Assembly: GCA_017499595.2 (NCBI GenBank)
Contig: CM038999.1
Location: forward strand, 1,054,001 to 1,118,000
DNA length: 64,000 nt
Direction: 5' to 3'
Source of the DNA: Psilocybe cubensis
Taxonomy: Eukaryota
Shown here: positions 39,001-49,705 of the stretch, piece after piece
Layout: each line of letters opens with the position of its first letter
Numbering within the stretch: the stretch's first letter is position 1
Notes under the pieces: model-generated
Databases searched by the model: none
Seen by the model: only the letters and a program-made list of their open reading frames with translations
Told to the model about the DNA's origin: nothing
Position numbers and translations under genes: made by a program

Positions 39001-39929
39001 ATACGACGCAGCAGACGCAGCAGAACCAGCTCGCGCCGTGGCAGCGGATCCACGCGCGCTTGTTGAATTGGGCTATCATCTGGCCGACCTCGGAGCTCGA
39101 ACACGCGCTGAACAGCACAACGCGCGGACAACAAGTTGACGAAGTCGCGCTGAGCATCTGGAGCACGCAGGCGTATAAGCGCTATGTCCGTGCGAAGCTG
39201 ACGGATAGTCCAACGGGCAGTGGTAGTGCGGTGGTGGATAGGCTGTTTGTGCCGCCGAATATGGCGGATGCGATTAGCAATGCGGTGTTTAATGGGCGGC
39301 ATGGAGAGGCGAGCTCGATGCTGGAGAGGTTGTGGACGCCGTTTGGGTTCACGGGTAGTCCGAGGTTGATTGTGGTTCTGGCGAAGCATAGGTCGGATCC
39401 GAATCATTGGGTTGTGCATCGGTGAGTGGTTTTTTTTTTCTTTTTTTTGGGTGGATTCGGTGTGTTGACGCCTTTTTTTGTTAGGTTCTCGTTACCGGAT
39501 GGCGCGTTGACGACGTACGACTCGTACCCTGAACGCACGCTCCCCGATGGTCGAGTACGTCTTTCTTGCTTTTTAAACCTTGTAATTCGCCCCATCTCAT
39601 GCCTTTTCTTTTTTTTTCCCCACTCACAGCCTCTGGGATGGTGGTTCGCCATCCGCGTCGCCTGGCCCAACGCCAACTACCCCTCACCCGACCACCTCGT
39701 ACAAAAGATGGTCCGGCTACACCGCCCACTCCAGCTACCGATCGACAACTCGGTCGCGGCTGCGGGTATCTGGCGCAATGTGCTGATGGGATCTCGAGCG
39801 GAGAGGAGTGTGGATTTGGAGAGGTTGAGGGATTTGATTAATACGGAGGTGAAGAATTTGAAGCAGCGCAAGGTGTTGGGAAAGTTGTCGGTTGGTGCTG
39901 CTAGGCCTGCGTGGGAGGATATGAGTTAG
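36095..39929 (+). CDS. Large conserved-looking protein: disordered Ser/Pro-rich N-terminus, C-terminal Ulp1/C48-like domain
   Basis: Long GC-rich exons joined by GT-AG introns; HYHDMELCVLLH; PWQRIHARLLNWAIIWP; NHWVVHRFSLPDG.LTTYDSYP; RPLQLPIDNSVAAAGIWRN. Confidence 0.8.
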
Positions 39930-40500
39930 GGTTGGTTGGTTGAATTTTTTTTTTTGGGTGGTTGGTTGGTTGAGTGGGTGGTTGGTTGGACTGAATGTGG
40001 GTTGTTGTTGTTGTTGTTGCTGCTGCTTTAGATTCATTTTTTTTTTGTTCTTATGGGGTTTTTTCGTTTCATCTTTGTTCAGTGACCCCAAATTGCTGCC
40101 CTCTGCGTTTAAATTTCCTCAAAACTTCTTTTTTCCTCTTGCCCTTGCACTACCCTTGCCCTGCCCTGTTTGTTTTGTTGTACATACTCAAAATTTGACC
40201 GGTGACCCATTGGTGTATACTTATTGTACGAGCTGGAATTCTCTCTACCTCTCTACCTCTCTCTCTCTCTTTCCTTCTTTCTTTCTCACCTCTTTCTCCT
40301 CTTTTTTCGCGTTTCGTTGTTCTGCTGCTACTGCTGCTTTGTGATACAGATACACAGATACAGACTTCCGTTGGGGTTTCATTTTTTTCTTTTGTTTGCT
40401 CCTTTTTTTATGTAGTTATGTAGTAGTAAGTAGTAGTAGAAGTTTAGTTGGTACTTTACGATTTGGAATGAATGGAATGAAATGATTTGGATGAATGATT
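39929..40500. repeat. Low-complexity / microsatellite tract
   Basis: (GGTT)n, (TTG)n(CTG)n, (CT)n, (TAG)n, (GAAT)n and poly-T runs. Confidence 0.8.
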
Positions 40501-41062
40501 TTATTGGTTGGGATAATTGAATGTTGTGTGATTAGATTCTATGTACACTACTACTTCAAGTTCTAATCTATATCTATGTTGTGATCTACGCGTTATCAGG
40601 TAAAGGTAGGTGCGATTGTTTGTGCGGTGGAGTGTAATGTAAAATAGTTGTGGTTGGTGAACCGGTGATGGCTTATAGGAATGTAACCTTGAAAGCTTGG
40701 AGTGGTGCTTTGAAGGAGTTGACAAGGCCAGTGGGATTGTTGGCGTGCTTGGCTGAAGTTATCGTCCATCTATGGTCTGGAAATTGAATAGCCCGTGCTT
40801 TGGTCCGCGATCGGTGGTAGACCTCATCGGCTGGCTGAGCGGGGCATTGGGGTAGGGCGCTGAAGTAATTGCGCGAGCGAGAGTTCGAGTTGCGGAAGGT
40901 ACCTCGAAGATTTTCGAGCATGCAGGCCGGACCGAGCATCCATCGAAAGTAGAAGTTTTAAAAAGCAGTGGATTTCTGAATTCGAGTGGATGTGTTGATG
41001 TCTTTTCTGCGCTGGATTGAATGGGTGGTATGAATATGATGTATGGGTTGGGTTGGGTTGGG

Positions 41063-41409
41063 TCATAAGTTGTTCAGGGTCGTGGTGAGATCGGAGAGTG
41101 ATTGGGATACGTCCATTGTAGCTGCTGGAGCGAGTTGGACGGTAGGCGGTAGTCTGGGATCCACGAGCGCGCGTAGTTCCTGATTTAGAAAGAAATGGTG
41201 TGGTTAGTTCATGCATTGTTTTGGTTGAGAGGAGTACTGACGGAGTGTACGGAGAGCGCGTCTCTGTCCAGCTGTTCGCGGAGGTCCTCGATGCGCGATT
41301 TGTTCGCGGACAGGTGCTTTTTCTTCAGCGCGTGCTTTGCGTTGGTGGCTTGTCTAGCTGTCGCTGTGGATTTTTTGTTGGTGGGTTTCGTGCGTTTGCC
41401 TTGAGCCAT
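41063..41409 (-). CDS. Small basic two-exon protein (~96 aa), divergent from YSH1
   Basis: MAQGKRTKPTNKKS...RIEDLREQLDRDALSVHS | intron | ELRALVDPRLPP...LSDLTTTLNNL*; in-frame GT-AG junction. Confidence 0.6.
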
Positions 41410-41693
41410 GGTAGTCCTTGATTTTTTTGGGTATACGGTATAGAATGGACAGAGGTCAAAGCACAAGACAAATTTTTGTTTTTCTGACGATGGGCTACAA
41501 AGAAAGAAATTGGATTACGTAAACAAAGGACTTTAGGACCACTTGCAGCCACGGCTGGGTTCCATTTTCGAACCACTAACTGACTTTTGACTCAATACCG
41601 CGACTTTCAGTTGACTACCTGCTCCGCTGGTTGACGGAAATCCAACATTATCAAGACGCTGAAGAGCATAGCGAAATCGCAACCTCGCTCCCT

Positions 41694-44600
41694 ATGGCCG
41701 ATACACCTACGCTCAGTGTGACGATGCTCGGGGCGGGCCAGGAGGTCGGGCGCTCGTGTTGCGTGCTGCAGTACCGCGGGAAGACTATTGTGTGCGATGC
41801 GGGTGTGCACCCTGCGTACAGTGGGATGGCGTCGCTCCCGTTTATTGATGAGCTGGATTGGAGTGAGGTGGATGCGTTGCTTATTACTCAGTAAGCTTTT
41901 TTGGGGGTTTGATGTTGGTTGGACGGTGTTGTTAATGAGATGTGTGATTATTTGAAAGTTTTCATTTGGACCATGCTGCTGCTTTAACGTATATTACGGA
42001 AAAAGTGAGTTTTAGAACTTGTTAGGTGTTGGAACGAGGAATTTACTGTGTCTTGATTAGACGAATTTCCGAGATGGTAAAGGAAAGGTGTACATGACGC
42101 ATCCGACGAAGGCGCTACACAAGTTTATGATGCAGGACTATGTTCGCATGGGGTACGTTGCGTGTTTTATATCATTTTGCAAAGCTTACTTTACATTCGT
42201 CTTTACAGTTCATCGTCCTCAGATGCTTTATTCTCCCCCCTTGACATGACCATGTCTCTCGCCGACATCATCCCCGTTTCCGTGCATCAATTAATCACAG
42301 TATGCCCTGGAGTATCGTTCACACCATACCACGCCGGACACGTCCTCGGCGCATGCATGTTCCTCATCGACATCTACGGCCTCAAGATCCTCTACACAGG
42401 CGACTACTCGCGCGAAGAGGACCGGCACCTCGTCAAAGCTGAGCTCCCACCCGTGCGCCCCGACGTGTTGATCGTGGAAAGCACCTTCGGCGTACACACG
42501 CTCGAGGCGCGCGAAGAGAAGGAGCTGCGGTTCACGAACCTGGTGCACTCCATCATTCGGCGGAACGGGCACGTTCTGCTGCCCACGTTCGCCCTTGGCC
42601 GTGCGCAGGAGCTGTTGCTCATTCTCGAGGATTATTGGAAGAAACACCCGGACTTGCATAATGTGCCGATTTATTATGCGTCGAGTCTGGCGCGCAAGTG
42701 TATGGCTGTTTATCAGACTTATATTCACACTATGAATTCTAGTATCCGGTCGCGGTTCGCGAAGCGGGATAACCCTTTTGTGTTCAAGTATGTGTTTTAT
42801 GTGTTTCATTCGGGTTGGTTACTAAAAGAACATTTTTGTCTGTATAGGCATATCTCAAATGTACCGCATACTCGTGGGTGGGAGAAGAAGATTGCTGAAG
42901 GGCCTCCATGTGTCGTTCTTGCTAGTCCTGGTTTCATGCAAACGGGGCCAAGTCGAGAACTGTTTGAGCTATGGGCACCAGACTCTAGGAATGGGCTGAT
43001 TATAACGGGATACTCTATCGAAGGAACGTTGGCCAGGGTGAGTTTCCAAACCGGTTCTGTATTGCGTATCTACTGCTACCGCGCTGGGAAAGACCCACAC
43101 CGCGTCTCATGTACATACTGTTGTCGCTTTCAATGGTCATTTGTTTTTCTCTCTCTTTTTTTCCCCTTCTCTCTCTCTCTCTGCTTCGCCCGATGTCAGT
43201 TGGCACGAAACTCAACCACACCCTTTTTCCTTCCTGACCGCTATAGGACATTATGACTGAGCCTGAAGAATTTACGTCGTTGAAAGGGGTGTCTATCCCG
43301 AGAAAAGCGTCTGTCAATGATATCTCGTTCAGCGCACACGTCGATTATTCGCAGAATTCGGAGTTCATCGAGCAAGTCAAAGCTCAGCATGTCGTATGTC
43401 GCCCGTTGTTAACTTTGTTTTTGCCTTTTTTGTTGGTTAAGGGTTGTAATGGATTCTTTTTTCTTTTTAGATTTTGGTGCATGGAGAAGAAGGTGCGATG
43501 AAGCGGTTGAGGGCGGCGATGACCTCACGGTTTAAGGAACGAGATGAGGATGTCAAGATCCATTCACCGAGGAATTTGGAAACCCTCAACTTGTCTTTCC
43601 GCGGTGAACGAATAGCCAAGGTACGTGTATCTTATCTCATCCAGTACATGGTCCTATTCTCAATATCTCGCATTAGGCTATCGGTACTCTAGCAGACAAA
43701 CCGCCCCAGGCGAACCAGGTCCTCTCGGGGCTGCTCGTGGCGAAGGATTACTCGTATACCCTACTTGACCCACGCGACCTGCGCGACTTTGCGGGGCTGA
43801 CGACGTGTACGCTGACGCAGCGCCAGAAGATCGTGCTCGGTGTTGGCTGGGCGCTCGTCAAGTGGCATTTGGAGGGCATGTACGGATCGGTGGACGAGGG
43901 CGTGGATAAGGACGGCGTGCCGACTATGCGGGTGCGTTTGGGGCTTCTTTTTTTGTTTTTTCCGTTTTCATCTTGCTTATTTTTGAGGATTGATTGATTG
44001 ATTGATTTTTATTTATTTTGGTTAGGTTATGGGCGTCGTTGATGTCAAGCATACTGGAGAACATGAGCTCACGCTCGAGTGGGAATCGAGCTCTAGCAAC
44101 GATATGATCGCCGACTCGACGTTAGCACTTATCACGGGGATCGACAAGAGCCCGGCGTCTGTGAAATGTAGGGTTTTTTTTTGGTTTTATCAAGTATCTG
44201 TTGAGAAGGCGTTGACGTTCGTACTGATGCTTCGTTTGGTGATGCAGTGACGAGCCAGGGACATTCGCACTCCCACTCCCACTCGGATGCGAACGCGCCG
44301 CATTCGCATTCGCACCCGCACGCGGACCCGGAGCCGGAGACGTCCTCTGCGCTGCGCATCCAGCGCCTGGCGATGTTCCTCGAGGCGCACTTTGGCGATG
44401 TCGAGCTGCATATGCCCGACGCGTCCGAGGTTGACGCTGAGGAGGAGGCGGAGGCGGAGGGAGAAGAGGAAGACGGCCATGTGCGTGAAACCGACCGTGC
44501 GCGCGCACGCGAGCCGTCGTTCCTTGTTACCTTGGACGATGCACAGGCGAGGATTGGATTGATCACGCTTGTTCGTTTTTTACTCCCCTTTTTCTCTCTC

Positions 44601-44903
44601 TCTCAAAGGATGGAAAGAGCTTATTGTATTAATTTTTAGGCTGTTGAAAGTTCCAGCGAGATGCTGAGGAAACGCGTAGAGGCTGTGCTGGATATGGCTA
44701 TTACTACTGTCAGCTCGCTGTCCGAGTCGTTCGTGTCAGGCGGGCCCATCGTAGCCGAGGACTCCACCGCAGCCGCAGCTTCCTCGCCCACCGCCACCAT
44801 GACTGACGGGGCAGGTGAAAATGAAAAGCAAGCTACACCTCCTACTGGGGAGAGCGGGAATGGTGATGCCGTGGAGCCCGTTGCGGGGCAGAGCGAGGTT
44901 TGA
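41694..44903 (+). CDS. YSH1: mRNA 3'-end processing endonuclease CPSF73 (metallo-beta-lactamase/beta-CASP)
   Basis: LGAGQEVGRSC, LLITHFHLDH, YHAGHVLGACMF, YTGDYSREEDRHL, LGRAQELLLIL, SFSAHVDY, LVHGE. Confidence 0.97.
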
Positions 44904-45630
44904 TTGAAAGAGATATTATATTATACACTTACACTTACAATATGCTTGTAAAACTGTCGCTGTGGACCTTTGATGGTGTGTAGCTGCTGGACTGTACTTG
45001 TACTACTTAATGATTGGATATTAGGATATTTCAGAAATGAGCATTCGAGCATCATATTAGGACACGAATTGACGCGAAGTTGGTTGTATGATCGAACCAG
45101 GGACGCTTTGCCAAGTACCGCGTGCCGATGGATCAACCAATCTTGGAAGAGACAATGCGAGTACAATGCAATCTTCATTTCGGAGGCGCATCCCCTCGAG
45201 GCTTGATGGATCAGAAAAAGGTAGGTGGTGGACGCAAACTAAACGAGAACAAGCGCGGATCGGGGCCGAGAGTTTACGATTCATTTCGGGACCCCTGAAT
45301 TTGGAAAGGGATCAACGCTAAACAAACGCCAATTTCGGAAGGGTGTGATTGCTGCTAAGTTGATGTGATGTGCGTAAAAGGGAGTCCTTGTTTAATGGTG
45401 GAGATTTCCGTCCAGAGAGATATAACAAGGGTATCGTTACAGGAACCGAACACTGAAAGGATGCATTCGTCGAGGGACGCGGGCTGGAATTGGATATTCA
45501 AGAGCGTACTTGTTGCGCGGGGTGGTATAACAGGTTAGACCGTTTGCTGAGTAGGCAAAGACCCAAGTTTGGCTTCCCCACCCTCGTTTTCTATCATTAT
45601 TTTAACCAACTATTACGGACCAACACACGC

Positions 45631-47430
45631 ATGGATGACTCTCGTATGTTAAACGCTGGAAGTTTTTCTCCCCCAGAGATTGAGCTGAGGGTGAGGTCGA
45701 CCGTCGGTCCTAATACACTCGTTGATATTTTGGAACTGCACTCGGATGGAGATTGGACTGTGAAAGAGAAGTTGGGGTCAAGAAGGTTCGCGGAATACTG
45801 CCAGGTGAGCATTATCCGTGTCCAGCGTGGTTCGTACACTTAATTTCTATATGTTGATTAACAGGGGATTCGAAAACTCGAAGGCAAAGTGCCGACGGTA
45901 CGGTTAATGTAAGGTGTTAATTGAGCTTTTCTTCAGGTCTTTGTCTGATGGTTGCATTATCAGATTTCTAAACGGCGAAAGCGGTAGCGACGGAACTTCT
46001 TGGGAGCATGAATATGCCATCGCTGGCTCTCTGTTCCACGCATGCGGCACACCTTTGCATTTCTTCCATTCTCAGACTCCGTTTGGGAGCTCTCCCGGCA
46101 GAGCTAGACGGTCCTCTTCTGGATCATTGGGTGAGCACGAATGTACCTTCCACTTCAGCTGTAACTGATAATCACTATGGTGAAGACGGCTTCTTTCAAA
46201 TTTCGGACAGACTGAACACTTCAGACTGGAAGTTGTGCCAGGTCTGGTTCTCCCAAAATTTGAATCTGAATGCCACCTCCAACTACGTCATGCATGGCGT
46301 TCCTTTGGCAACTCAAAGATACATCATGGATTGGGCGAAGGCCCCCATTCGATGTAAAGAGCTACTTCTTCCACTTGCTATACCTGGCGTCGTAGTGAGC
46401 CAGTTTGTGGTATCTTTGTTCACCGAGTATGTGGCTATTGATAATGAAACCCACCGATACGTAAGTCATCGTTTTTATAAGCGCCCGGCTGTCAGAGTTT
46501 ACTTTGATGTAGGAAACCCGCTCTTTCTCAAGCAATTGGAAGACAAACGAGGAGCTCGATGTCAAAAGGCTTCTCTCACAATCCAAAACTATCAAGATGA
46601 TATTGGCCTACGCTGAAAGATGTCGGAGGACTTGCGAATATCTGAACGCGTCTTTGGAGAAAAACGCGGACTTGTTCACGCCTGCGGAAGCTGGATACTG
46701 GGGCCTCGAGAAGGCGAAAGAATCTCTAGCTGGGGCTTGCTCGCGGATTGACGACCTTACTTCTGCTGCGACTACTCTGGATGAGCGCATTAAGTATCTG
46801 ATTCAACTTGCGTACAATGAAATTTCTCAGGCAAACAACCAAGTAAATTTGGATATCGCAAAGCTCACTGCGAGCATTGCGATTGCGGCTCAGCACGATA
46901 ATTCTTCCATGATTACGTATATCTACCACTATCTACTCGGAAATTTTTTGTGACTCTGACAAAGCGACCTCTAGGATGGCGGCCGTTACTATGTTCTTCC
47001 TACCCGGTACTTTTGTTGCGGTTAGTAGTCCGTCTCTGTAGTCATAACATCGAACTGACCCGAGAAAGAATAGACCCTATTTGGAATGAACTTCTTCGAC
47101 AAAACCAATCAGGGATCTCTTATGCTGGCCTCGGAGGGATGGGTATTCCTGATCACTACCATTCCTTTAACCATGATCGTCTTCCTTATCTGGTATTTCT
47201 GGAAAAGGTGGCGTACTACGAAAGCAATGAAAGGGCTAGCGATGTCAAGCATCACTGGCCCCGAAGTCGAGGTGCTTACGAATCCGAGTCCAACACCCAT
47301 TGTGCTGCCCCATTCCAAACTTTGGCCGCTTGTCTTCTATAAAATTAAAACATTCCTTAGATCATTGGGTATGCTGCCCCCGATTGTAGAAACTGATGTG
47401 GAAAAGGGAAGTTTTTGGCACCCTAGTTGA
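45631..47430 (+). CDS. CorA-like Mg2+ transporter-domain protein (fungal expanded family)
   Basis: C-terminal DNSSMITMAAVTMFFLPGTFVA..FGMNFF (GMN motif) plus a second TM WVFLITTIPLTMIVFLIW; the apparent frame change at about 46460-46512 is an intron. Confidence 0.78.
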
Positions 47431-48094
47431 CAGAGTGGGCATGTTCTTTCCCCCTTATTTTCTCTTTGTTTTTTTTTATCTCATTCGTTCTTAATTTGTT
47501 ACCATACTGGCCGATGAGCCTGTCCGTTCATTACTTGTAGGATACTTTTATTATTGTAGTTCTAGTGTAATATATCATACATTGACACTTTATGAAGTGC
47601 GTATTGAACATAGTGACCATTAATTGAGCCGTTTGGATACGTCAACAAAATAGATGCTGACATACTTCTAATTCAGGCGGTTTGGGATATCGTGAACGAG
47701 CGTGGCGTGATGAGCAAAGCCCCAAGGTTGAATAAAATAAAAAGGGCCCAAGTCCAATTGTTTTGCTTGTACATTTACAAACAAATCCAGAGGCGTAAAG
47801 GGAATTTAGAATGTCTAGCAGAAACCGTATATCTGGTGGTGTCCAATCGAAAAGGTGGGAGGGTGTGATGGCTTGAGTGACAATTGGTCTGCAGAACAGA
47901 GAACAGTCGTCTAAAGAGAAAGCGAGGGATGGGAGAATAATAACTTATACGCAACAGGGAAAATGGTATAATGCAAGTGAATGCTGGTATGTAAAGAGTG
48001 ACAAAAAATGAGCGAAGAAGTATCCGTTGTGAGCCATCCGTTATAAGCCGTCATGTCATGATGAGTGTTGAATGTATCCCATGTAGTGTAAGAT

Positions 48095-48656
48095 TCATAC
48101 AGAGGATTTTGTATGGCTATTGCGCAGAGCGGGTCAGTACAAGAAGAATGAGAGAAATCGCAACCACCAACCTCCACTGAGAGTTATTCACCCCTTGGAT
48201 ATCGATTCTCCACTTCCATTTATTCTTATACCGAATTTGCTTCATTTCTTGATGTGATCGGACGGCCATAAATCCCAGAAGGACGGATTGCAGTAATGAG
48301 ACGCCTGATACAATGGGCATCCAGATTTTGATGTTTTCATCGGGGGTATTGATGATGTTGGTTAAAAGCAGGCATGTCATGGTAATAGATGCCGCAAGGG
48401 AGATGGTCCAAAGAAAGGTAAGAAAGTAGGCCACTCCAACAGTAAGCGCAGAGTAGAGTCGGGGGCTGTTGTACGACTCCGAACTTCCGGTAAGAAGGAT
48501 GTAAGTGTTGTAAATGAAAGTGAGGGCAATGACCAAGGGAATCAGCCATACAATGGGTGAGAGGTCAGTCGCCAGGCCCCCAAAGACCATTCCAATGCCG
48601 GAAATGCATAGCGATGTGATGGTCACCGAAAAGAATTGCTGAGGGAACGAACCCAT
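48095..48656 (-). CDS. Hypothetical four-TM membrane protein
   Basis: MGSFPQQFFSVTITSLC... four hydrophobic segments, basic tail RYKNKWKWR; short last exon after an intron. Confidence 0.7.
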
Positions 48657-49605
48657 GTCGTACCCATCCAACGTTGAACGAAAGGGAAGAAAGGGAAAGC
48701 TAGGGTACAAATGCTTACCTTACTGTGCACTCTATAAGACCATATATAAATGTTCGAGAGTGTCAAACATGATGCAAGTATGCATCAGTAGAGCTGTCAA
48801 AAATCTCGAGCGCTGCAGCCGTAGGTAGACACCATTTCCTGGCCTGTCGGCCCTATGTCGGGCAGTCCGAGTCAGATATTCTCATAGCGTGGTTATTTTT
48901 GTTGCGAACTACAAGCAATGTTTTTCTGTATTAGTTGTAATCGAATGCTCAACCGGGTGGCAGGGCATAGCTATGGTTTGGTACGAGATTTAGATGGACT
49001 TCAGAGATCGAGACAGCTAGTTAGCCTGGAAATTAATCTTCATAAACATTTGATTCAAACACGGATAAGAAGAGTCCCCGGGTTAAATATAATATCGCTG
49101 GGCGGTGTCAAACTTCGGCCTGGATAAGAGGCGATGCATCAGCCGGCTCTGCCTGCTTAAGTCTTGCCTGCGAAGTAAGTTGAATGAGAAATGACACACT
49201 TCTACTTCCAAGATAGACAAATAGAATCGTACCAAATTCATCTGATAATCAGCCTTCTGAGACATTGGATAGATGCGAAGTAAAGAGTGTGCGGTCACTT
49301 GGCTTTACTCTTAATCAGTCGTTATTTTCTCCAAGGTTGCGAAAGCGAAGGCATTTTTGAAGGGCCGAGATTTGTTCTACACAATGGACCACAGCACAAA
49401 GTGGAGAGTTGCTTCAATGACGGCTCCGCTCCCTAAAGTGCCTGCCAAAGGGTTGCCCATATTTATTGCGATGGTGTCTTCAGGTTTCCACAGAATGCAT
49501 TTGACATTGACAAGACTGCTGGTGGGTTGCAAGCCGTGTGAAGTTGCAACGCCGACGTCGAAACAGTAATGTGTGATTACATGATACAGGTGTGGCACGA
49601 TACGT

Positions 49606-49652
49606 CACAGTCGCGTGACCATATGTGACTTCACGCGTCGAAGTCGCGAGTC
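49606..49652 (+). promoter_or_regulatory. MCB-like (ACGCGT/CGCG) elements upstream of CTF4
   Basis: TCGCGTG at about 49611, ACGCGT 49633-49638, TCGCGA at about 49645. Confidence 0.45.
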
Positions 49653-49705
49653 GAAGAACGGCCAATTCTCACACGGTACTTTCATCTCTTCCGCTCTCAT
49701 CATAC

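Noticed and set aside
35985-39419. Long minus-strand ORFs (for example 326 aa at 35985-36965)
   Set aside because: Antisense shadows of GC-rich plus-strand exons
39940-40423. Cys/Phe-rich ORFs (CCCCCCC...)
   Set aside because: Translations of microsatellite 3' flank, not plausible proteins
41044-41062. (TGGGT)n array resembling a telomeric seed
   Set aside because: Only about four units, not TTAGGG, and within an SSR-rich 3' region
46460-46620. Apparent frameshift in the CorA-like gene
   Set aside because: Explained by a GTAAGT..TAG intron that restores the frame
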